Assembly: GCA_039586365.1 (NCBI GenBank) | Contig: JBDHKN010000066.1 | Coordinates: forward strand, 1-27,105 | Direction: 5' to 3' | Source: Gemmatimonadota bacterium | Lineage (GTDB): Bacteria; Gemmatimonadota; Gemmatimonadetes; Gemmatimonadales; GWC2-71-9 | Length of the DNA: 27,105 nucleotides | In this document: positions 17,402 through 25,454 of the stretch, piece after piece | How the letters are laid out: every line of letters begins with the position of its first letter | How positions within the stretch are numbered: the stretch's first letter is position 1 | The notes under the pieces: generated by a model | Told to the model about the DNA's origin: nothing | What the model saw: only the letters and a program-made list of their open reading frames with translations | Databases searched by the model: none | Position numbers and translations under genes: made by a program

Positions 17402-18434
17402 TGGCCGTCGATCCGGTATCGCTCAGTTCCTGGGCGACCCTAGGGAGTGGGACAATTTCGTCCGCGCTCAGCCGGGATGGACGCACTTCCACCTGCATGG
17501 CTGGAAACGCGTGGTCGAGCGCGTGTTTGGACACGAATGTCTCTATCTAGTCCAGCGTGATAACCAGGAGATCATATCCGGCGTCCTGCCGCTCGTCAGA
17601 GTGAAGAGTAGGATCTTCGGCCACTTCTTGGTATCGATGCCGTTTGTCAACTACGGCGGCCCGCTCGGCACGCAAGGCGCGGTTGGGCGACTCGCCGACC
17701 ATGCGGCCGAACTCACGCGGGATAGTGGGGCAACTCTGCTCGAGCTGCGTAGCAGAACCGAGTTGGGCATACCGCTCGAAGTTTCCCACCGCAAGATCAC
17801 CGTGTTGCTCGACTTGCCGTCGGGTGACGCCGGGTCGCTCTGGAGTGGATTTAAGCCCAAGCTGAGGAGTCAGATACGGCGGCCCCAGAAGGAAGGAGTC
17901 GAAGTCCGCTTCGGGCTGGATCGGGTGGACGATTTCTTCGCTGTGTTTTCACGTCACATGCGGGACCTCGGCACGCCGACACAACCGCGGCGCCTGTTCG
18001 AGCAGATCGCCGAGGTGTTTCCCGCTAGTACCTGGTTGGGCTGTGCCTATCTCAAGGGCAAGCCGGTGGCGGCGGGTTGCGGCTTTCAGTGGGGTGACGA
18101 GTTGGAGATTACCTGGGCGGCCTCTCTGGTGGAATACAACAAGATCGCACCCAACATGCTGCTGTATTGGAGTTTCATGGAGCGGGCGATCGAGCAAGGC
18201 CTCGGAATATTCAACTTCGGGCGCTGTACGCCCGGGAGTGGTACACACAGATTCAAGCGACAATGGGGATCGCGCGACTTACCGCTATGGTGGTATCAGC
18301 AACAACGAGGTGGCAAGACCTCGACGCCGTCACCTGACGACGCCCGCTACTCCTGGGGCCCACGGATCTGGAAGCACCTGCCGCTTCCGATTGCGAACGC
18401 TACCGGTCCCCGGATCGTTCGCTACATACCCTGA
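17376..18434 (+). CDS. FemAB-related GNAT protein, XrtA/PEP-CTERM-system type
   Basis: W..FV...P..T.FH..GW, GVLPL, SMPFVNYGG, MRDLGTP, APNMLLYW, FNFGR, FKRQWG; start TTG 17376 or GTG 17379. Confidence 0.9.
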   Translation: MVPTTSERDGRRSGIAQFLGDPREWDNFVRAQPGWTHFHLHGWKRVVERVFGHECLYLVQRDNQEIISGVLPLVRVKSRIFGHFLVSMPFVNYGGPLGTQGAVGRLADHAAELTRDSGATLLELRSRTELGIPLEVSHRKITVLLDLPSGDAGSLWSGFKPKLRSQIRRPQKEGVEVRFGLDRVDDFFAVFSRHMRDLGTPTQPRRLFEQIAEVFPASTWLGCAYLKGKPVAAGCGFQWGDELEITWAASLVEYNKIAPNMLLYWSFMERAIEQGLGIFNFGRCTPGSGTHRFKRQWGSRDLPLWWYQQQRGGKTSTPSPDDARYSWGPRIWKHLPLPIANATGPRIVRYIP

Positions 18435-18465
18435 CGCTGCGAAGTAGGCCGATCAAACGGCCGGG

Positions 18466-19362
18466 TCAGCGATCCAGCATGCCCGCCAACCGCAGTATGA
18501 ATCCGTTTTGCGTGACACCCGCCGGCACATTCAGTCGCGGCAGAGCAAACGCTCCGGTGCTCGTCTTCGGCAGCCAGCCACCGATGGCGCGGAGTGCGCC
18601 ATGGTAGCCAATGGCGGCGGCAGTCCGCTCGATCACCGGCGCCGTCATGCCATAGGGGTATGTCATCCAAGGAACGACCGATCCAAACCGTTGCTGCAGC
18701 CACTGGAGCGAACTGCTCAGCTCCTGCTCGACGGAGTCCCCGTCTAACGCTGCGAGGTTAGGGTGGCTCCAGGTATGTGACCCAAATGTGATACCGGGGT
18801 GCCCGGAGGCGGTGCGGAGTTCTACCTCGGTCGCGGCTGAAGCATGGGAAGGCAGCTCGAGCGGCGTGACTCCCTCCGCCCTCGCCCAGGCTTTTATGTC
18901 ACCATCCCTACCACAAAGCACCTCCAGCGCCCACTGGCGAAAGCCCTCCCGTTCTTGTTCGGCGACCGGCAGCACGGCATCCCACCAGAACGAGCTTGCT
19001 CCGACAAAGCCAGGTATCACGAAGATCGTGGCTGGAAGCCCCCGCTGCACCAGCTCTGCCACGCCGGCAGTGACGGTTCCGCGATAGGCATCGTCGAACG
19101 TGATCGCCACCCTGGGTCGTTTGCGGTCAGTGCTGCGTTCGAATATTGAGTCCAGCGGAATCACGTTGCAGTAGCGGAGCAGCGCGTCGAGTTGCGCGGA
19201 GAACTTCCTCACGGGCAGGTGCAGTGAGCGATCGCCGATGACCGGCTCACCGTGAGGTACGATGTTGTGGTATGCGAGGACGAGCGTGCGGTCTCTGCGA
19301 AGGTAGCGCGAGAGGTGCGCTGCCCCGCCGCGTACCAGTGCTGCTTCAACTACTGATTTCAC
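18466..19362 (-). CDS. Polysaccharide deacetylase (CE4/NodB, IcaB-like)
   Basis: VLAYH, ITFDDAY, ATIFV, GSHTWSH, YPYG and LPR motifs; start overlaps the upstream stop (GTGA). Confidence 0.9.
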   Translation of the reverse strand: MKSVVEAALVRGGAAHLSRYLRRDRTLVLAYHNIVPHGEPVIGDRSLHLPVRKFSAQLDALLRYCNVIPLDSIFERSTDRKRPRVAITFDDAYRGTVTAGVAELVQRGLPATIFVIPGFVGASSFWWDAVLPVAEQEREGFRQWALEVLCGRDGDIKAWARAEGVTPLELPSHASAATEVELRTASGHPGITFGSHTWSHPNLAALDGDSVEQELSSSLQWLQQRFGSVVPWMTYPYGMTAPVIERTAAAIGYHGALRAIGGWLPKTSTGAFALPRLNVPAGVTQNGFILRLAGMLDR

Positions 19363-20777
19363 CGGCCACGGAACGGGGATAGCCTCAGGGATCTCGCCTG
19401 GCGCCGAGCGCTACGGGACGGCGCCGCCTGCACGGCCCCTTCCGGCTGGGTCCTCAACTTCTTTTCAACGGAAATGTAGAGGCCTGTCATGAGGGCTGCG
19501 ACGATGTATATCGGATCGAGAAAGGCGAACGAGACGAAGAACGCGGTCACCGCGAAGCCCACTAAAGCGACCGGCAGGTACATCGCCGTCAGGTACAAGA
19601 ACCGCTCCTCGGGATCGCCCCGTGCCCAGTGTCGTGGCAAGCGAGATCGCAAGCGATGGATGGAATAGATGCCGCCGAAAATCAACGTGAGCCACAGCGT
19701 CAACCCCGGGATTCCCAGCTCTGCCCCCACCTGGATATACGAGTTGTGCGGCGCCGACCACAGGATCGGTGTACCGGGGACGTGATACCGTGCCTTGTCG
19801 GATATGGTGCCCTCCGCCAGCTGGAAATTGTAGATCCCCACACCAAAAAACGGACGCTTGAACATGTAGCCCATGCCGCGCTTGGCGATCTGGACCCGCC
19901 CCTCCTGGTCACTCCAGTTGTAATCCTGCGTGGGCTTGGCGAGGGTCTTCATCTGTTCCCAGTATCCAGGTGGCGCACTGAGTATCAGGGCAATAGCGAC
20001 GACAGCCACGAAGGCGATACGCTTCACTGGGGATATGTGCTTCAGTAAGAACAGCAAATAGATTCCGACGACCACCACCCCAACGAATGCACCGCGCGAG
20101 CCAGTCTTGGCGATGGTAGCGCCAATCCCCACCATGACCAGCCCGGCGAACCAACGGGCGCGTCCGCGGGACGTCTGGAAAGCCAACAGGGTGAGGGCGA
20201 GTCCGATCATCATGACACACCCCACGTCATTGGCGTCAAACGTATAGAGGTCGTTGAGCCGATACATCGAATCGCCTTCGGACTGCGTCAGCCCGAACAC
20301 AAACAGTGACAGCCAAGCAAGCCCACCACAGCCGATGACATAGCCCCACACGAATGTCGCCAGGTCCCGCGTGCACCTGATGGCGGCGATCAGTAGAAAC
20401 GCGTACACGATTACCTTGGAGTAATTCTCGATGATATAGCTGCCGGACCGACCGATCGAGAGTCCAAAGAGAGTCGAAAGGCACGCGACAGCGGCGAGCG
20501 CTAGGATCACCTTGGCCGGCCAAGTGCGCAGCAGACTCCCGCGCACCAGCAGCTTGGGATTGGCCACGGCGTAGAAGCCGGTGACGGCCACTAGCAGCAG
20601 CGCCGGCCGTAACTGCGCGATGAAATCAAAATGCTGGTGCACTCGACTCACCGTCATCACTGTCAGAGCAAGTAGCGCCAACCGCAGGGGATCCAACGAA
20701 GGGGTCACCCGGTTCTCAGCTCTCTCCCGGCGGGCACGCGGGCGCCGCTCTACGGACGGGGATATCGCAGATGTCAT
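19359..20777 (-). CDS. O-antigen ligase/Wzy_C family membrane protein (polymerase or O-oligosaccharyltransferase)
   Basis: Many TM segments; DAND, TGSRGA, PFFGVG and HNSYIQVGAELGIPG motifs. Confidence 0.9.
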   Translation of the reverse strand: MTSAISPSVERRPRARRERAENRVTPSLDPLRLALLALTVMTVSRVHQHFDFIAQLRPALLLVAVTGFYAVANPKLLVRGSLLRTWPAKVILALAAVACLSTLFGLSIGRSGSYIIENYSKVIVYAFLLIAAIRCTRDLATFVWGYVIGCGGLAWLSLFVFGLTQSEGDSMYRLNDLYTFDANDVGCVMMIGLALTLLAFQTSRGRARWFAGLVMVGIGATIAKTGSRGAFVGVVVVGIYLLFLLKHISPVKRIAFVAVVAIALILSAPPGYWEQMKTLAKPTQDYNWSDQEGRVQIAKRGMGYMFKRPFFGVGIYNFQLAEGTISDKARYHVPGTPILWSAPHNSYIQVGAELGIPGLTLWLTLIFGGIYSIHRLRSRLPRHWARGDPEERFLYLTAMYLPVALVGFAVTAFFVSFAFLDPIYIVAALMTGLYISVEKKLRTQPEGAVQAAPSRSARRQARSLRLSPFRGR

Positions 20778-20932
20778 TCTCGCCTTTTATCGCAGCCGAT
20801 TCGCCACTTGCAGCGTGTGTCCGGGCGCGGTGACACAGTGGCCGCGCTGATTAACGATCAACAAGACCCGAAGAATGCACTCGGGCTCCACCAGTTCCCT
20901 ACAGGATCGCGGTCGAGATCCAGTGATAAGCA

Positions 20933-20948
20933 TGCAAGATCGACGCCT
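20933..20948 (-). promoter_or_regulatory. Sigma54 -24/-12 promoter candidate (AGGCGTCGATCTTGCA)
   Basis: GGC...TTGCA with correct spacing, about 155 nt upstream of the ligase ATG. Confidence 0.6.
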
Positions 20949-21031
20949 AGCTAAACATGCGCGCGGCAACGATCGTTCTGGGCCAACGGTGCCACGGGAG
21001 GCGCGATTGCGAGCCCCTTGCTGAGACCTTG

Positions 21032-21049
21032 TGTTGCACCGACGCACCA
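21032..21049. promoter_or_regulatory. Candidate enhancer palindrome TGTTGC-ACCGAC-GCACCA
   Basis: 14/18 identical to the 7829 site; 84 bp from 20948 and 149 bp from 21198. Confidence 0.6.
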
Positions 21050-21197
21050 TGTATGCACCGTAAGCTCTGCCAGAGCATTGGTTTGCGCCGCAGTCACTAT
21101 ACTAATCTAAGGTGATCCTCGCTTGGTACCCAGGATGTGCTGTCTACCTTGCTCTACCGGTCCGCGGTCTTGGCAAAGCCGAGCCGAGAGTCTTTCA

Positions 21198-21213
21198 GGG
21201 CCTCGGACTTGCT
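21198..21213 (+). promoter_or_regulatory. Sigma54 -24/-12 promoter candidate (GGGCCTCGGACTTGCT)
   Basis: GGC...TTGCT with correct spacing just upstream of the GT4 ATGs at 21229 and 21250. Confidence 0.45.
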
Positions 21214-21228
21214 AGGTTCCATGCAACC

Positions 21229-22371
21229 ATGACGACTAACAGCTCCTCAATGGCACCTCCGCGGATCCTCCATGTCATCGCGCCTGCAGCGGTGGGAGGA
21301 GCCGAGCGAGTCGTGCACGACCTCGCTGTGGGTCAGCGAGGCCGTGGTCAATCCGTGGCCGTCGTGACCCTGTTGGATCGCAGTGGTCCTGAGCCATGGT
21401 TGGTGACGGCGCTCCGCTCGCAGGATGTGCCGGTCTATACCTGCCGTTCCCGCAGCCGAGACTACCTTGCCGAGATCGCAGCAATCCGCCACGCGGGACG
21501 GCAAACAGGTGCGGAGGTAATGCACTGCCACGCGTACCGAGCGGATATTCTCGGCTTGTTGGCGGCAGCCCGTCTCGACGCCGCTACCGTATCGACGAGT
21601 CACGGATTCACGGGTGGTGGGCCCAAGAATCGGTTCTACGAATGGCTCGACCGCCGTGCCCTGTGTCGGTTCGATGCCGTGATCGCCGTTTCAGCCGCGC
21701 TCCAGGAGTCGCTTGGGCGCAGCGGCGTTCCCCGGGAGCGTCTCTGTCTAGTCCAGAACGCGGTTCTCCCGCTGCCGTTGCTCGAACGCCAGGCGGCACG
21801 CTCGAGGCTAGGGTTGGCGGGATCCCAGGTTGCCGTCGGTTGGATTGGGCGCATGAGTCGGGAAAAGGGTCCAGATGTTTTCATAGAGGCGTTTGCCCGG
21901 CTCCGGAGATCCGACGTTCAAGCAGTGATGGTCGGAGACGGAGCCGAGCGTGAGAGCCTAGAAGCGGCTGCCGTTAGGCTCGGCGTAGCGGACCGGATCA
22001 GTTTTGTCGGATCGGTTCCTGACGCGGGCGAGCTACTCGCTGCCTTCGACATGGTGGTCCTGAGTTCCCGCACGGAAGGTTTGCCGATCAGTCTCCTCGA
22101 GGCCATGAGTGCTGGAGTTCCTCTCGTAGCTACGCGAGTCGGCGACATCCCTGCCGCGACCTCGCACGGCAGATTCGCGGAGCTGGTTCCCCCGGGCGAC
22201 AGCGGCGCACTCGCAGCGGCGATGGAACGGACTCTGACCACGGACAGGGCCGTCAGCGACAGGATACGCAGCGCTCAGGAATGGGTTGAGCTACAGTTCG
22301 GGGTGGGACCATGGCTCGACAGGATCGCCGCGGTCCATGAGCAGGCAATCCGGCGGCATGAGAAACGCTAG
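21229..22371 (+). CDS. Glycosyltransferase family 4 (GT-B)
   Basis: RILHVI..GGAER, HCH, GRMSREKG and SSRTEGLPISLLEAM (E-x7-E) motifs; start ATG 21229 or 21250 rather than GTG 21112. Confidence 0.93.
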   Translation: MTTNSSSMAPPRILHVIAPAAVGGAERVVHDLAVGQRGRGQSVAVVTLLDRSGPEPWLVTALRSQDVPVYTCRSRSRDYLAEIAAIRHAGRQTGAEVMHCHAYRADILGLLAAARLDAATVSTSHGFTGGGPKNRFYEWLDRRALCRFDAVIAVSAALQESLGRSGVPRERLCLVQNAVLPLPLLERQAARSRLGLAGSQVAVGWIGRMSREKGPDVFIEAFARLRRSDVQAVMVGDGAERESLEAAAVRLGVADRISFVGSVPDAGELLAAFDMVVLSSRTEGLPISLLEAMSAGVPLVATRVGDIPAATSHGRFAELVPPGDSGALAAAMERTLTTDRAVSDRIRSAQEWVELQFGVGPWLDRIAAVHEQAIRRHEKR

Positions 22372-22388
22372 ACGCCTCGTGACCTCCG

Positions 22389-23015
22389 TCAGGATTGCGA
22401 CCGTGTCAAGATCAGTACGAGCTGCCGAATGGTGACATCGATTTGGTCGTAGCTTTGCTCGAAGAGTTCACGACCACCCGCCACCGGATCGAGAATGGTA
22501 CGGCGATCGCCGGCAGACGGTTGGAGGTCGCTGAGTACGATCACAGCCAGGTCACGTCGTTTCGCTATCCACAGCACTTCCCGCCGCTGCCAGGGGTCCA
22601 TTACAACCACCAGTGCCGACGAGTTGATTAATGCTGGGTTCAACAGTTTGGAGCGGTGCCCGGAGAGCTCCACTGCGCGATCGCGCGCTACCTCGACCGC
22701 GTGCTGGGGTGACCGGCGATCGGGCCCGATGAATCCAGCTGAATCCACCCGCAAGAGACTACTCCACCCTGGCGGTAGTTCCCGTAGGGTCGCCTGGGCC
22801 GCGTAAGGGCTGCGGCAGATGTTGCCATGGCAGACAAACAGTATGGACTCCGGCGTGCCGACCCTGCACACAGTTTGGCGTGCGAGAAGATGCCGCGCCG
22901 GATGCAGCAGCTTGTGAACAGTCCTCCCGTACAGCTGTTGCAGTGACAGGGTTGGTGAAGCTCTGCGACTCCGGGAGTTCGCGTGCCCGGAGCTGGAACC
23001 ACCAGAGGATCGCAT
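22389..23015 (-). CDS. Low-molecular-weight protein-tyrosine phosphatase (Wzb-like)
   Basis: ILFVCHGNICRSP P-loop, DSAG, VMD and ILDP; strong AGGAG RBS. Confidence 0.88.
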   Translation of the reverse strand: MRSSGGSSSGHANSRSRRASPTLSLQQLYGRTVHKLLHPARHLLARQTVCRVGTPESILFVCHGNICRSPYAAQATLRELPPGWSSLLRVDSAGFIGPDRRSPQHAVEVARDRAVELSGHRSKLLNPALINSSALVVVMDPWQRREVLWIAKRRDLAVIVLSDLQPSAGDRRTILDPVAGGRELFEQSYDQIDVTIRQLVLILTRSQS

Positions 23016-23190
23016 AGTCTCCTAGTATCCCTCCTTCTGACTGAGGGCACAACTCACCTCACACTAATACGGATGGCGGCCACACGGGCGGTCTACGAGC
23101 GTTCAGTCGGGCACCGAGGACCGTGCGCGGAGTGACGTTCACCGTAGTCAGTCTATAGCGCACTGTGCGGGAAGACCATCACGCTAAGAA

Positions 23191-23222
23191 CGCCAGCTCA
23201 GCAGCAATAGCTGAGACTGGCG
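23191..23222 (-). terminator. Hairpin / possible intrinsic terminator after the sugar transferase gene
   Basis: CGCCAG-CTCAGC..GCTGAG-A-CTGGCG stem with a 1-nt bulge, followed on the minus strand by TTCTT. Confidence 0.5.
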
Positions 23223-23274
23223 CATATGCGGGAAAACCTGAGAGCCGAATCGCTTCCTAATTGCCGACTTCGGT

Positions 23275-24108
23275 CTACCACGCTCCCTTCTTGAACAGCA
23301 TTATCGGGACTGTCCGGAGCATTATCTCGAGGTCTTTGGTGGGCGACCTGCCCGCCAGATACTCGAGGTCGAACGATACTTTACGTCTTACGTCTTCGAC
23401 CGATAGGTCGTAATGGTGGTTGATCTGGGCCCACCCCGTTATCCCGGGCAGGACCCGCTGCCGTTCCTCGTAGTGGCGAATTCGCGTTCTCAAGCTGGCG
23501 AATATGTCGGGCTGCTCAGGCCGGGGGCCCACGATGTTCATGTCTCCCCTCACTACGTTGACGAGTTGCGGCAGTTCGTCGAGGCGATACTTCCGCAGGA
23601 GTCGGCCAACTGCGGTGACCCGAGGGTCGTCCGGACTGGCCCAGACCTGGCTCGGTAAACCACTGGGAGATACGTGCATGGTTCTGAACTTGTAGATCCT
23701 GAATGCCGTACCACCGTAGTCGAAGACTCGGCGTCCCCGGGCTCCACTGATTGCAGGCAGCCGTCGGTCAAGCGGCTGGCGGCGTCCACCGACAGCGCTA
23801 CCTCTGCGCCGTCGTTCGCCCCCCCTGCGCCGATCGAGCGCCACGCGGCGGCCGGTCTCGGTGCTAACCAAACAACGTCTCCGGTCCACGCCGACTCGCG
23901 TCTGAGTGAATATGATAGGACCCTTGGAAGTGAGCCTAATCAAGATCGCGATCAGGATCATCATGGGAGCTGCGACGATGAGGCTCAGCACCGCGACGAC
24001 CACATTCACGTAGCGGCGCAGCCGATCCGACTCTGGCCGGTGAGGATAGAAATCCACCGGTGTATCGAATTCCCTCGCCGCGGACGTGCCGAATTGGTTT
24101 GAGATCAA
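23275..24108 (-). CDS. Priming sugar transferase (Bac_transf; polyprenyl-phosphate glycosylphosphotransferase)
   Basis: Single [55 protein letters not shown] start with GGAG RBS. Confidence 0.93.
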   Translation of the reverse strand: MISNQFGTSAAREFDTPVDFYPHRPESDRLRRYVNVVVAVLSLIVAAPMMILIAILIRLTSKGPIIFTQTRVGVDRRRCLVSTETGRRVALDRRRGGERRRRGSAVGGRRQPLDRRLPAISGARGRRVFDYGGTAFRIYKFRTMHVSPSGLPSQVWASPDDPRVTAVGRLLRKYRLDELPQLVNVVRGDMNIVGPRPEQPDIFASLRTRIRHYEERQRVLPGITGWAQINHHYDLSVEDVRRKVSFDLEYLAGRSPTKDLEIMLRTVPIMLFKKGAW

Positions 24109-24167
24109 TTGGTCTCCAGCTGAATCTGATTCGTGATGTGTCGGAGTGTCGAATCAGCCGGCTGTAG

Positions 24168-24183
24168 TGCAAGGGTCGTGCGC
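24168..24183 (-). promoter_or_regulatory. Non-canonical sigma54 -24/-12 candidate (GCGCACGACCCTTGCA)
   Basis: Exact GCACG-N4-TTGCA but with C at -25; AT-rich spacer at 24205-24235; palindrome-like site at 24288. Confidence 0.5.
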
Positions 24184-24287
24184 ACCAGCACGGCACCTGC
24201 TTGAGAAGCTAAAGTATTTAGAGGTATGGAGTTAACGACGGAGCTTTGGGTGGGTGAGGAACTTTGTGTGGTGATCCAGCCGCTCGT

Positions 24288-24305
24288 TGTCGGAAAGTTG
24301 CTACG
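24288..24305. promoter_or_regulatory. Candidate enhancer TGTCGG-AAAGTT-GCTACG
   Basis: Degenerate member of the 18-bp motif family, 105 bp from the 24168-24183 element. Confidence 0.4.
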
Positions 24306-24347
24306 GTGTGGCGTACTCGGCTCACACGCCTCGCCGGGCTTGCAGGG

Positions 24348-25454
24348 CTAAACCGGTTTCAGCCCCAACCGGAAATAGAACCGCGTTCCCCAGCGCGGTT
24401 TGGTCTCGACCAGCAATTCCGATCCCATGGCCTCTACCAGCCGTCTGGAGAGTTCGAGACCGAGTCCGGTGCCTGAGAAAGCGTAGCGGTCTCCGGAGGG
24501 ACGAAACGGCAGGTACAGGGTCTCCAACGCCCGCCCGCTGATGCCAGGTCCGGAATCCCGCACTGAGAACTCTAACTGCGTGAGATCAACCTCGCGCGCA
24601 ACAATCTCGACGAAACCCTCCTCGGTGAACTTCAGGGCGTTCGTCGTCAGGTTGAGGAGCACGCGGGACAGTGCGTGGGGATACCCGAGCCGGTGGTCGC
24701 TGGCCGGCGGCAGCAGGCGGACGGTTAGCCCCTTCTCTTCAGCCATGGGGTGCACAATGTCGTGCACCGATTCCAGAATGTCGGTTACGGAGAAGGGAGC
24801 GGGCTGGTCGTCGGCGAGCCGTTCGCCACCGCGAGCCAGTTCGATGACGTTGCTCGCAACCGTACTTAGGCCCAAGGCGGCACTGTAGATAAGGCCCAGT
24901 TGGCGATGTTGCAGTTCGTTGACATCGCCGCTCTGCCCCCGTTGCAGCGTCTCGGCCAGAAACAGAATCGATGTCAGTGGTGAGCGGAGGTCGTGAGCCA
25001 CCTCGACGACTAGCGACAGCCCGTCAGGGCCGGAGAGACCGCCGGACAGGTGCCGGTCCCAGCCGGCTTCGATCATGCTACCGACTGACTCGATTGTGGT
25101 CAACGTAGCCAGCATATCGTGCAGCGGAGGGGAAGCGGAGGCGGGGGCGCTGGACCACTGCGCCAACAATTCGGAGCGCAGGAGCGTGACCAGCCTGCGG
25201 CCGGTGACCGAGAACAGAGGCGAGTCTGGTGCGATCTGCTCGGCACCACCCTCTAACGCGGCGATCAGCTCCGTTAGCAGGCCCCGGACTTCAGCTCGGG
25301 TCCCTGTCCCTGGGTGTGTGATCTGCCAGCGCTCGAGTACCCGTTCAACACACTCCTTTGGGATGGATGAGTCGACAGGGTCCTCGGGGTTGGGTGTTTG
25401 CTCAGATCCGGAATCCGGAACAGGATGTGTCTTCGGTTCGCTCAATCGCCTCAA
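24348..25454 (-). CDS. Cytoplasmic sensor histidine kinase (HisKA + HATPase_c)
   Basis: H-box EVAHDLRSPL, N-box NLTTNALKFT, G1 DSGPGI, G2 GTGLGL; no TM seen; TTG start overlaps the regulator stop (TTGA). Confidence 0.92.
   Translation of the reverse strand: MRRLSEPKTHPVPDSGSEQTPNPEDPVDSSIPKECVERVLERWQITHPGTGTRAEVRGLLTELIAALEGGAEQIAPDSPLFSVTGRRLVTLLRSELLAQWSSAPASASPPLHDMLATLTTIESVGSMIEAGWDRHLSGGLSGPDGLSLVVEVAHDLRSPLTSILFLAETLQRGQSGDVNELQHRQLGLIYSAALGLSTVASNVIELARGGERLADDQPAPFSVTDILESVHDIVHPMAEEKGLTVRLLPPASDHRLGYPHALSRVLLNLTTNALKFTEEGFVEIVAREVDLTQLEFSVRDSGPGISGRALETLYLPFRPSGDRYAFSGTGLGLELSRRLVEAMGSELLVETKPRWGTRFYFRLGLKPV

Noticed and set aside
18447..18462. GGCCG-ATCAAA-CGGCC hairpin between convergent genes
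   Set aside because: Only a 5-bp stem with no U-tract; too weak to call a terminator.
21112..21228. GTG start extension of the GT4
   Set aside because: Not GT-like sequence, no RBS, and it overlaps a candidate promoter.
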